DNA of 64,000 nucleotides from Tubulanus polymorphus (lineage: Eukaryota > Animalia > Nemertea). Below the pieces are notes generated by a model. It was not told the origin of the DNA. It worked only from the letters and a program-made list of their open reading frames with translations, and did not search any database. Location: the NCBI RefSeq assembly GCF_964204645.1, contig NC_134026.1:18138150-18202149 (forward strand), given 5' to 3'. Positions 45,621 through 56,760 of the stretch are shown in pieces. The translations under genes were made by a program, and so were the position numbers. The stretch's first letter is position 1, and every line of letters begins with the position of its first letter.

Positions 45621-47525
45621 TCACTCCCACGACTTGATAATTTCCAAGTTTTTCCTCACCGTCGTGATAGCAGAAATTATCTTGTTTCCTTTGCCGCGAA
45701 CATGTCCGGCCATCACCGCAGCTGGGTTGTCGGTGCAGTGTTTGAATGGAAGTCCGGTGTTCACACCGCTGTAAGTGCGAACATTTGGCGGCGGACCTCT
45801 ATAACTATCACCGCTAATGCTCATTCTGCTCATGCTCGAGACTAGATCTTTGCTGGCATCTTTATGCTTGACGACGGGTACGCTGTCTAAAACTCTTTCC
45901 ATGAACTCTGTATGATTGCTAGCACCGTAGTGTGATTTGAAATTGGCCAACAAGTCACTTGCGGACATAGCCAAGTCTTGGATGTCAAACCCGATGCACA
46001 AACCGTACACAATTCCCAATCGGTTGAGACATCTAAACGAACTTGTGTCTTCTGTTGGTTTGTCGGCTCCCATTATGGAAAAGAAGAGGGATTTCATATG
46101 TGGCTGTTGGGCGTTATAGACAGCGGCCTGCTCGTGCATTTGTGTCATGAAGTCACAGTTGGGAGTAAGCTTGACGGGGATTTCATGTTCATTGTAAATG
46201 CCCGTAAATACGATCTCGTTTGCCGGCGAGTCTGCGTTGAACACCATGATCACGGCTTTGTGATGTCTAACAAAAGAACTACCTTCAGTAAAAACGCTGC
46301 CCAATTTTTTTGTTTTCTCGCCACGCTTCGATCATGAACTGCATGAAGGCATTTTTCGGATCAATCACAGAGAGCAATTCTGCTTGCTTCTGCGCGGTGA
46401 GTCTTGGTTTTGCAAAAGTTTTCATTTCAACCAGTGCTAAGGTATCTGGACAATCGTTGCTTGTGCTAGACATTAGTGGACTTAGCGCGCCTGTATCCTT
46501 AGTGCATCTAACCAGTTGTGTATCGGCAATATTGCAAACTTTTTCTCGATATTCTCTTTCTCTGCTGATCGTGGTCACGACACCATCCTGTGTGCTAGCC
46601 ATCATAAACAGACCTTTGTTCGACATTCTACCGCCCAGGTACAGATAAAGGGGTTCGTTGCAGAAATCGCGCATCAACAACTCGACCATGTTGGGTAGTA
46701 GCAGATCAAAAGCAATCTTGTGAAGATACGTTCCCATTGTCATCGCTTGATTGGTCGTCATGTGTTTTAGTGATATTTTATGCAAGATTGCCTTGCTGCA
46801 TTCAGCTTGACATTCAGACATCTTGTCGTCTATGATTTTCTTGACTTGATCAAAAGTCAGCTTGTTGGCTTGGGGTAAGGCAACTTTGAGCCAGGGGATA
46901 TTTTTAACCTGTGCTTCCAATTAACTGCTGCCCTTTTTCTTGATTGACCTCGATGCAACGTAGAGAAAAATCTTTGTCCAGTTTGCAAAACCTTGTTATA
47001 ATGTAATACGCCTCTAGATTCCTGTTTTGAGCGCATAGTTTACGAATCTGATCTTTGTTTACGCCACTGTTGTAAAAACCAGAACCACCGTTTACGAATG
47101 CAAGATTACACGCACGCAGCGAGTAAAAATACAATTCGTATAAGCTCTCATAACCACCAGTGGAGTCTAAAGCATTGACAACTGCCGTTGTAGCAACAGA
47201 AGCCTGGGTAACTTTGGGTTTTGCTCCGCCGTGCGAAGGGGTAATTTTAGATGCCGGTGAAGCGACTACATCTACGGGAACATTCCTTTTTTGGGCAGCG
47301 GGGGTAGTAGTCATCAATTTTGGGGTATTTGGTGTTACCTTGGGTGGCACATAACCTCTAGGCAGACCGGCAACAGCTGGGGTAACGGTAGCAGTAGCTG
47401 GAGTCCGACCACCTCTTTTATTGCTGCCTGATTTATTTTTCCTCTCTTCTATCTTCTTGACCATTTCCTCGTAGGACACAACCCCCTGAGGCATGCCACT
47501 CTTCCATGATTCCTTGTCAGCCATG
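45621..47525 (-). pseudogene. Probable single gene of about 630 aa split by two frameshifts
   Basis: Three minus ORFs overlap by 17-20 nt; the second and third begin at TTG; one shift is in an A7 run near 46305-46311. Confidence 0.6.
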
Positions 47526-47877
47526 ATATGAACACCCACAACAAAAACAAGTAAAGTCAATACTTTATTGTAATAATTTCTCTAGGGTACAAAATACAAA
47601 TTTTTACCTCACCATGATATCACTATAAACACATGGACACAATTTTTTCTAACATAAAAAATCCTAACACTTCATTTATACCCAAAAAAGCGTACCTGAT
47701 ATACAAGTTCAGAATTGTTAGGATTTTTCCTCACTAGAGTCCGAAAATTTAAAGTTAGGTATAAAAGTGGTTTTAGAGCTAAAAGTCACTCGCCAGTACC
47801 TAACCAAATCATTCAACTGTTACCCCTTGACCTGTCAAAGTCAAGCTAAATCAGAATAAACTGAAAAAAAACACAAA

Positions 47878-49689
47878 ATGGATCTTATCTCTCAACTGCC
47901 CGAAGAGGCCAAGAACAGCAGATTTGATGCCGCTGCTACTATCATCCTCTACGAAAACATTGCTCCCAATGTGGATAGTCACTTGAACTTTTTGTTTTTA
48001 ACACACTGCAACCTAAACTTGCAAATGACTTCTAATCTTACGGATATTATTTCTGCTATGGTTCGTAAAGGAACGTATACATACAGCAAAGTGGTTGAAA
48101 TATGTCAGGATATGGCAAATAACGTGGCACAACTGCTAGTGAAACAAGCAAAAGCCAAATGTGGCAACTACAAAGAAGACATAATGTCAAATTCTTCGTT
48201 CATTGAGTTTACCGAATCGATAACCGCACCAGACTATCTACACCCGATGTCAACCATTTATCTGGACTATGAAAACGAATCTGCCGACGTGGATACGAAA
48301 TGGACAGAAAACTATTACAATAAACTGTCTGCGATTGCTGAACGCATATCACGCATATCGACAAAGAAGGAAGTTCAACTTGCATTTGCGCTTTGCTGTG
48401 GATTCTATGATGATTTTGTGAAAAATACCAGTAGTCAGGCACAAACATTTAAACACGTGATTCGAAAAATGGTAACTTGCGACAAAGCGCGTGAACGACA
48501 TCGCTTGAATACCCAACTGATCCATTCTCGCTACTGCAACGTGAACTTTATGAAAAAGGTAATCTTGGCTATCCAAAATCACATTAATGATAGAAAAATG
48601 AAAACTTTGGTTACGCAAATGTTGAACTTTACCGAAGTTGAAATTAACGAGAATCGCATTAATCGCATTAGACGTCAAGCGCAATCACTTGCCGAGAGGA
48701 GACACCGCGAAGAATGCGAAAGGAGAGATCGTGAAAGGATAGAGCGCGAGGAACTTGAGATAAGAGATCAGGAGGAACGTGAAAGGAACAGATACCATGT
48801 GTCAGAGAGCGATTCTGAATCGGAGAGCGATTCTGAATCGGAGAGAGATTCTGAGGCGGACATATACATCAACTTGACGCAATCCGGCATCGAAGAAGAA
48901 GGAGAGGATAACTCGTTGGTTAGTTCTGACCACTCGATTGATCCATTCAGTGATGAGTTACCCGACCTGATACCACCGAGACGCCGCCGACGTGTTACTC
49001 CACGGAGAACAGCTACACTAACTACCAAAGCTGCTGGTACCACAAACCCATCATCTTCAGTGTCGACATCTAGAGACAATAATAGTAGTAATAATATACC
49101 CATGACTTCTAGTGGTTCCACGAGCGCACGTACTCTGGTAAACGTAACTGCTACTTTGCCAGGCGCAGACACGTTGTTGAACGCTATGAACAGTTATGGA
49201 TTTACATCTCCTGCTACATCTTCCTCTGGATTTACGTTCGTACCCTCAACAACATCATCAGACGTCTCAACGTCTCAACGCACTGTTACTCCTAGACGAC
49301 CCATCTCTGCTGCTAGTGGTGTAGCTACTCGCTCAAGAACAAACACTATTACCCAACCAACTACTGGTAGCAGCAGCAGCAGCAATGCGACTAACTCTGA
49401 AGAAGCGCGAAAGAGAAAGCATTATCACGAAGAATTTGGTAAGCAAAAGATGCACAAGGCCAATATGAATACTAAGATTTCTCCCAAAGACATTAGCTCT
49501 GATTTGGGAAAGTTATCCAAAGAACAATTGGAATCTAGACTTTTGTGTGTGTGTTGCACAATGGCCGCTAGAAACATTGTCAACTCGTGCGGTCACGTAA
49601 CTTCGTGTGACCAGTGTATTCTCAAGTTGGACAAATGTCCTGTTTGTAAGCAAGAAATTGTATCTAGAGTCAAGTTTTATGATTTGTAA
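47878..49689 (+). CDS. RING-HC finger protein, putative E3 ligase, 603 aa
   Basis: C-terminal CVCC..NSCGHVTSCDQC..CPVC of IAP-type RING spacing; TATAAAA near 47760. Confidence 0.85.
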   Translation: MDLISQLPEEAKNSRFDAAATIILYENIAPNVDSHLNFLFLTHCNLNLQMTSNLTDIISAMVRKGTYTYSKVVEICQDMANNVAQLLVKQAKAKCGNYKEDIMSNSSFIEFTESITAPDYLHPMSTIYLDYENESADVDTKWTENYYNKLSAIAERISRISTKKEVQLAFALCCGFYDDFVKNTSSQAQTFKHVIRKMVTCDKARERHRLNTQLIHSRYCNVNFMKKVILAIQNHINDRKMKTLVTQMLNFTEVEINENRINRIRRQAQSLAERRHREECERRDRERIEREELEIRDQEERERNRYHVSESDSESESDSESERDSEADIYINLTQSGIEEEGEDNSLVSSDHSIDPFSDELPDLIPPRRRRRVTPRRTATLTTKAAGTTNPSSSVSTSRDNNSSNNIPMTSSGSTSARTLVNVTATLPGADTLLNAMNSYGFTSPATSSSGFTFVPSTTSSDVSTSQRTVTPRRPISAASGVATRSRTNTITQPTTGSSSSSNATNSEEARKRKHYHEEFGKQKMHKANMNTKISPKDISSDLGKLSKEQLESRLLCVCCTMAARNIVNSCGHVTSCDQCILKLDKCPVCKQEIVSRVKFYDL

Positions 49690-50048
49690 AATGTAACAAA
49701 TGTATGATTTCAAAATTGATCCATGTGAAAGCTATGTAATATGAGATTGTATTCAATTATTAAATTATATATGCATTCTACAACAAAACATGGCTTGTAT
49801 TTTTGTTCTTTTGTGTTTCATTGTATACAATGAGTTTTTCGGGTACGCAGACAAAATTTATGGTTAGACAGACAGAAGTTAGTTGTATTGTGCTGCATTG
49901 TACAACTTGGTTAGATTTTCTGGGTACAAAAAGTTTCCTCACCATGTTTTTATAAAAGGTATGTATATCATTTCAAATCACGACACAAAATGCCTGGACA
50001 ACAAGTGATGGATTCTGGTCAGTGTGTACCAACATGATCCACCAGTAA

Positions 50049-50242
50049 ACTGTTTCTTGTTTTAGGAAGCGTGGATGCGACGCTAGCGCTAGGCCACAAC
50101 GGCCCTGAGATTGTCAAGACATAGTGGTCCAGCCCGGCAGGGCCAAATCGTGTAAAGTCTTGTCAAATCACCAATGTTACAGTGGCTTAGCAGCAGCAGA
50201 ATTGTGTTTCCAAGTTGAAAAATGAATAGTTCCAAAAATGAC
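50049..50242. repeat. About 195-bp direct repeat, copy 2
   Basis: Matches 43122-43315. Confidence 0.9.
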
Positions 50243-50634
50243 TCGAACTTTGAATCACGTACCAGATCATTCACGTCCTGAATCATCATCTCAAATCATC
50301 ATCCCAAATCATAGACTCGTGTGAATCAAGTCCATGATTCGAATTCAGATCACGTCTGAAATCACAGATATTTCACCAGTTCATGATTCGAATTCAGATC
50401 ACTTCTGAAATGACAGTCACGTCTCCAATCACAGTATGTTTGTCAGAATAAATTCGGTTCAAAATGTGGGCCCAGCGATCGGCGCCAAATACCCTGGCTC
50501 ATTTCTTTATCTATTAGATAGCAATATGATTCTGTTCGAGAAGTCGTCGCCTCTACATCTAACCCGAACACTATGCCAATGATGTCAGACAGTCAAGCCA
50601 AGTGGCATCCAAACCAAAAAAAGTTTCAAATACT

Positions 50635-50890
50635 CACAAAAAGTGCTGTCCGGTTAGGTACTGCTTCAACGTATTCGAACGATTAGACAAACACTTACAG
50701 GCCAAACCTCAAATTCGCTATTTCCGGGAGATCCCAAATATCATTACTATATGAAAATAGGAAAATATGCCGGGAAAGTCAGTTCTCCTTCGACCAAAAG
50801 TAAACAGGGGCTAAGATGAGCGACATGGTCTTCAAAATCATCTCCGGACAAGAAATGACCGAAAGAGATATTGAGGATGACGTCGAGTGA
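50635..50890 (+). pseudogene. Internally deleted zinc-finger YR remnant (YR3), inverted relative to YR1/YR2
   Basis: CCPVRYCFNVFERLDKHL..FPGDPKYHYYM followed closely by AKMSDMVFKIISGQEMTERDIEDDVE*, matching the YR2 finger and C-terminus; flanked by AATCACGTC motif clusters (50250-50435, 50995-51146). Confidence 0.8.
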
Positions 50891-51338
50891 GGTCAATTGT
50901 CATAACAAAACCGCCCGTTAATTACAAATAATAACTTGTGAATAGACTCATCGGAACACCATGTTCGAATACTTTCGAATGAATGAAAGAATGATCAAAT
51001 AAATGATCACGGTAATTATCACTAGTCACATTGCTAATCACATATGAATCACGTCGATAATCACATGAATCACGTCGATAATCACATATGAATCACGTCG
51101 ATAATCACTCAATCACGTCTCATATCACAATCACGTCGGAAATCACTTTTGGGACAAAAAATGACATGTTTTTTAAAAAAAACAAAAGACTCAGAAAAAA
51201 TCAATTCTCGCGCAAAAAAATGCGTTTACCCATTAGAAAAAACCCGAAACTCTATTTTAAGATAAAATTTGCGCAGAAAACCGTTGGCTAGAGCGCTCAA
51301 CACGTCACGTAGAAAAATACCAAAAATACCAAATGACC

Positions 51339-53075
51339 AGGGTTAGGGGGTTAGGGTTTAGTGTTTAGAGGGTTAGGGTTTAGTGTTAAGAGGGTTAGTG
51401 TTCAGAGGGTTAGTGTTTAGAGGGTTAGGGTTTAGTGTTTAGAGGTTTAGGTTTTAGAGGGTTAGGGTTTAGGGGGCTAGGGTTTAGTGTTTAGAGGTTT
51501 AGGTTTTAGAGGGTTAGGGTTTAGGGGGCTAGGGTTTAGTGTTTAGAGGGTTAGGGTTTAGTGTTTAGAGGGTTAGGGTTTAGTGTTTATAGGGTTAGGT
51601 TTTAGAGGGTTTGGGTTTAGGGTTTACGGGGTTAGGTTTTAGAGGGTTAGGGTTTAGGGGGCTAGGGTTAGGGGTCTAGGGTTTAGTGTTCAGGGATTAG
51701 AAAGTTAGATTTTAGCGGGTTTTAGTGTTCAGAGGGTTAGGGTTTAGGGGGTTAAGGTTTAGTGTTTAGCGGGTTAGGTTTCAATGGGGGTTTAGGGATA
51801 AGGTTTTAGAGAGAATTTAGAGGGTTTAGTGTTTAGAGAGTTAGGGTTTAGTGTTTATAGGGTTAGGTTTTAGAGGGTTTACGGTTTACGGGGTTAGGTT
51901 TTAGAGGGTTAGGGTTTAGGGTTTACGGGGTTAGGGGTTTAGGTTTTAGAGGGTTAGGGTTTAGGGGGCTAAGGTTTAGGGGACTAGGGTTTAGTGTTAA
52001 GAGGGTTAGGGTTTAGTGTTTGGAGGTTTAGGTTTTAGAGGGTTAGGGTTTAGGGGGCTAGGGTTTAGTGTTTAGAGGGTTAGGGTTTAGTGTTTAGAGG
52101 GTTAGGGTTTAGTGTTTTTACGGGGTTAGGTTTTAGAGGGTTAGGGTTTAGGGTTTACGGGGTTAGGGGGTTAGGGTTAGGGTTTAGTGATTAGAGGGTT
52201 AGGGTTTAGGGGGCTAGGGCTTAGGGGGCTAGGGTTTAGTGTTCAGGGATTAGAGAGTTAGATTTTAGCGGGTTTTAGTGTTCAGATGGTTAGGGTTTAG
52301 AGGGTTAGGGTTTAGTGTTTAGCGGGTTAGGTTTCAATGGGGGTTTAGGGATAAGGTTTTAGAGAGAATTTAGAGGGTTTAGTGTTTAGAGGGTTAGGGT
52401 TTAGTGTTTATAGGGTTAGGTTTTAGAGGGTTTAGGGTTTACAGGGTTAGGTTTTAGAGGGTTAGGGTTTACGGGGTTAGGGGTTTAGGTTTTAGAGGGT
52501 TAGGTTTTAGGGGGCTAGGGTTTAGTGTTTAGAGGGTTAGGGTTTAGTGATTAGAGGGTTAGGGTTTAGTGTTTAGAGGTTTAGGTTTTAGAGGGTTAGG
52601 GTTTAGAGGCTAGGGTTTAGTGTTTTGAGGGTTAGGGTTTAGTGATAAGAGGGTTAGGGTTTAGGGGTTTAGGTTTTAGATGGTTAGGGTTTAGTGTTTA
52701 GCGGGTTAGGTTTCAATGGGGGTTTAGGGATAAGGTTTTAGAGAGAATTTAGAGGGTTTAGTGTTAGAGGGTTAGGGTTTAGTGTTTATAGGGTTAGGTT
52801 TTAGAGGGTTTAGGGTTTCCGGGGTTAGGTTTTAGAGGGTTAGGGTTTACGGGGTTAGGGGTTTAGGTTTTAGAGGGTTAGGGTTTAGGGGCCTAAGGTT
52901 TAGGGGACTAGGGTTTAGTGTTAAGAGGGTTAGGGTTTAGTGTTTAGAGGTTTAGGTTTTAGAGGGTTAGGGTTTAGGGGGCTAGGGTTTAGTGTTTAGA
53001 GGGTTAGGGTTGAGTGATTAGAGGGTTAAGGTTTAGGGGTTAGTGTGTAGGGGGTTAGTGTTTAGTGTTTAGAGG
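51339..53075 (+). repeat. Degenerate telomere-like array (TTAGGG/TTTAGGG/TTTAGTG/TTTAGAG variants)
   Basis: About 1.7 kb G-rich strand with higher-order repeats such as GGGTTAGGGTTTAGTGTTTAGA. Confidence 0.95.
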
Positions 53076-53086
53076 GTAAGACTCAC

Positions 53087-54013
53087 CGGCCACGCTTGTT
53101 TGCAAATTGCATCTAAATCGATGTGTCCATTCTTTAAGTATTTGAAATTTGATATTGGCGTCTTCAGGTTTGGGTAGTTCAGTTTTGATTCCCTAGTTAT
53201 TCTGTACAAAAACCACGCTTCTTCGAGTCTGAGTTCATTCAGGTACCAATTTATCGAATCATCTTGACCATCACTTGTAGGAGTACGCGAAAAGACCGAT
53301 GAACAGTGCAGTCTTGTTTTGTTCGCATTTTCGTGTTCTTCGTTGTAGGCGTCCGCGAGCGCTTTGAAAGAGGCCCCGAAATGATTTATCGAGACGGAAA
53401 CATGTTCAAGATAATCAATTGAAAACGCGGTTTGAGATGTTGATAGAAAATAGGTTTCGTTTGGATTTTCATAATAATAACGCTCGTCCTTCATTCCATT
53501 CATTGTGAAATATTGCGGGTGATATAAAAGCTTCTTGTTCACACAATGCCTACATTCTCCAGAAAACGAAGCCGCTATGTGAACTCCGGTTTTCGTAAAT
53601 ACATGTGGAAAAGACGGTTCATTTCTCAAAGTTATTTTTCGATCGCAAAACAAACACATCTGTAACGGCGGCATTAGCACGATTGGTTTAAATCCATCTC
53701 TTCTGGATGACACAGTCCCATAAATTATATCTTTGTGAATAGTCTCCATCCTAAGTATATCCGGATATTGTTGACTAATGACCCCATAAAGATCACGGCA
53801 GCACATTTCATTTTTTTCGAATGTCCTAACAGATGAAAAGCGACTACTGTTTCCTACCATTATATACGTACTATTCGTCTCATCGTTTGAAATGTCCTCA
53901 GAAGCTCCAAGATATGTACAAAAATGCTTCCATCGATTTGGCATACATTTAGGGAAAAGCTCTGATGCTTTCAAAAAAGAACACAGTTCTCCGAGACGTA
54001 AATAAAATGCCAT
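53087..54013 (-). CDS. CxC5-like cysteine-cluster protein (KDZ transposase-associated), first exon
   Basis: CLFC..VFTKTG..ECRHC..YHPQYF..RYYY..YFLSTSQTAF; ends at donor CCG|GTGAGT next to the telomere-like array; later exons not visible. Confidence 0.65.
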
Positions 54014-54070
54014 TTTATCAATTTATATTCACACAAAACGGTAAAACTTTGTTATGGTATCCAGGTGACC

Positions 54071-54815
54071 ATTTATTCTGGAACGATCCGGAAATTTCTG
54101 GAAAAGCAATTCTAATTTATTCTGGAACGATCCGGAAATTTCTGGAAAAATAATTCTGATTTTTCCGGAATTCCGCGGTACCCCCCCCCCCCCCCTCCGT
54201 GCCGATCAGCTTTCTGGATAGATCCGGAAATTTCTGGAAAAGCAATTCTAATTTATTCTGGAACGATCCGGAAATTTCTGGAAAAATAATTCTGATTTTT
54301 CCGGAATTCCGCGGTACCCCCCCTCCCTCCGTGCCGGTCAGCTTTCTGGATAGATCCGGAAATTTCTGGAAAAGCAATTCTAATTTATTCTGGAACGATC
54401 CGGAAATTTCTGGAAAAATAATTCTGATTTTTCCGGAATTCCGCGGTACCCCCCCCCCCCCCTCCGTGCCGGTCAGCTTTCTGGATAGATCCGGAAATTT
54501 CTGGAAAAGCAATTCTAATTTATTCTGGAACGATCCGGAAATTTCTGGAAAAATAATTCTGATTTTTCCGGAATTCCGCGGTACCCCCCCCCCCCTCCGT
54601 GCCGTTCAGCTTTCTGGGAAGATCCGGAAATTTCTGGAAAAGCAATTCTAATTTATTCTGGAACGATCCGGAAATTTCTGGAAAAATAATTCCGATTTTC
54701 CGGAATTCCGCGGCATCCCCCCCCCCCCTCCGTGCCGTTACGAGATCAGCTTTCTGGATAGATCCGGAAATTTCTGGAAAAGCAATTCTAATTTATTCTG
54801 GAACGATCCGGAAAT
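54071..54815. repeat. Tandem repeat, about 134-bp unit, about 5.5 copies
   Basis: Rich in TCCGGA/GGAATTCC palindromes and poly-C; AATTCCGCGG recurs roughly every 134 bp. Confidence 0.95.
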
Positions 54816-56169
54816 AGTCAGAAAAACGATAGTAAAGTATGAAAAATGTCAGAAACCGCACCAATGTGGCCATTTGTCTATTGTTTATGTTAGCAAAAGA
54901 TTGCATTTGATATAGAAGGCTTTAAAATGTTTTGATGTATGGTTGAGATTTTCAAAATAAATGTTATGCTTACATGAGATAATTGGAACTAGATGTTTTA
55001 TTTCATTTTTATCAAGTATCGATGGATGAGAAGTCTTTCGACGATGTGCAGTTAGGCCATTAGAGTTTGCCTTAAAATACTTTACTCTCAGTCTAAGCTG
55101 AATTTAATTCATACCGCCGTTACAGTACCATAAAATTCACACAAAATCTTTAGCGTCATTGGAATAGGACGTCCCCTGTTTCACATCCGGCAGGTGTGTT
55201 GACGGAGTTTAATAAGGTACACCAAATCTATTAAAACGATCGCTATTTCAAAATCAAATCATCCCGAAGAAATTGGGGATTCGAACCTATCGGATATATA
55301 CTGGTACTCGGCGTCTTTCCACTTAACAAAACATCGTCAATAACATTAGTTCTTATTATTGCTAAGTAGCGGCGCCACAGTACTGTCGATCGGACATTAG
55401 AAACTTTCTACCTTTTGCCAGCTGACGCCGAAAATCGTGTGAAACGGAGGTATTTACAGACGCCATTTTATGGCATACAGCCCCGTCTAGCGACCCTCAG
55501 TACAGACCTCACGTGACCACAATTGACCAATCGCAGCAGCGTATGCTCCAATTCAATTCAATACAAATTAGGCCTATTACGCATTCGAATTTTAAAATCC
55601 CTAGCGTACGGACCTACATTTTTCGAGCTTGCATAGATTTATCAGTTAACAGATTTACGGACTGCTCAGTTACTCTACTCGTCCGTCTTATTTCGTTTAA
55701 ATTCGTCTCACTACTGCCACTGGACTAGACTATCAAAAGTTGGTGAACTTATTACTACGAAGAGGGCCTTACTTATTCTTAAAGTAAACTTTTTAGTTTA
55801 AGGTTTCGTTGGTCAGTACTTCGGATCGCAAGCGGCCGGCAAAAAAGGTGAGCTACATTTCTCCGATCCAGTTCCACGGGCACAAGTCACTGAGTCAGTT
55901 GTAAATTTTTTTTTGTCTGAAATTGATCTTTTTGGGACATTTCTTTTAAAAATCTTCTGAACACTCGCACCTCAATTTGGTCTTAGTCTTAGGCGATTGT
56001 GATAGGCCTACGACCAGTGAAACTTGTGCCATCATCGCATCGTTTTTAATTTTATCCATTTAAAAAACACTATGTATTGAAGGATTGCTAAAACTGATTG
56101 CTAAAAAGTCTTCTTTAAATCATTTCAATCGGAGGTAAGAGACTTAAATAACTGATCTTTTCTCATTCC

Positions 56170-56760
56170 AACATGAGAAAATTAAGACCAAATTCGAGGC
56201 ATGCGTTCAAAACATTTAGCGAAATATCCCAAAAACATTGATAGATTCAGTCAAATCCTAACTAACAACTGTGGAACTTGGTCCTGATGGCTATGTTATG
56301 ATTAATTGCCCTTGTGCAGTTGTCTTACTCTTTATCAAGGTGGCAATCCTTCAATCAATCTTGGCCTCAATCGCGATCTACCTAGGATTCATGTCCCACT
56401 ACAGTTTTAATTTCGTTTGTTATTCATTGTATCTCGACTTATCTCGGACTTCCATTTCTTGTTATTCGTTGCTCTTAGATACCATCTGTTTATTTTACTT
56501 TGATACAGTTTCATTTTGATTTAGACCTATTTCTCTTTGATTTGTTTTAGTTTGTTGTTCCTTAATTAATTAATTATCTACTCACTCACTTAGTTATTAA
56601 TTATCATTTCACTCATCATTTATTTGTAATAACTCTTCTCACTCAGTTCTCTGTAATTGGTGTCAGTCTACCTATAAATACTGTTGTTTTTCCATTGACT
56701 ATACTCATTCACCTGATGAAGCTTTTATTTATTAGAATCGAAAGCTTGTGCGTCAAATAA
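56170..56760 (+). mobile_element. Possible Penelope-like 3' remnant
   Basis: CCTGATGAAG...CGAAAGC followed by AATAAA at 56712-56761; decayed coding traces upstream. Confidence 0.35.

Larger units (their letters stand above)
1..51150. mobile_element. Endogenous large dsDNA virus-like region, probably Herpesvirales-like; left end lies outside the window
   Basis: Dense, mostly intronless ORFs with AATAAA signals; family B polymerase, terminase-like exon, dNK, BIR, RING and YR genes; host TE insertions and frameshifts imply chromosomal residence. Right boundary is approximate. Confidence 0.8.

Noticed and set aside
51339-53075. True chromosome telomere
   Set aside because: Interstitial, highly degenerate and followed by more genomic sequence.
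54117-54817. ORFs of 72-150 aa
   Set aside because: Read-through of the 134-bp tandem repeat.
55275-55290. tRNA gene (B-box GGTTCGAATCCC on the minus strand)
   Set aside because: No cloverleaf could be built; at most a SINE remnant.
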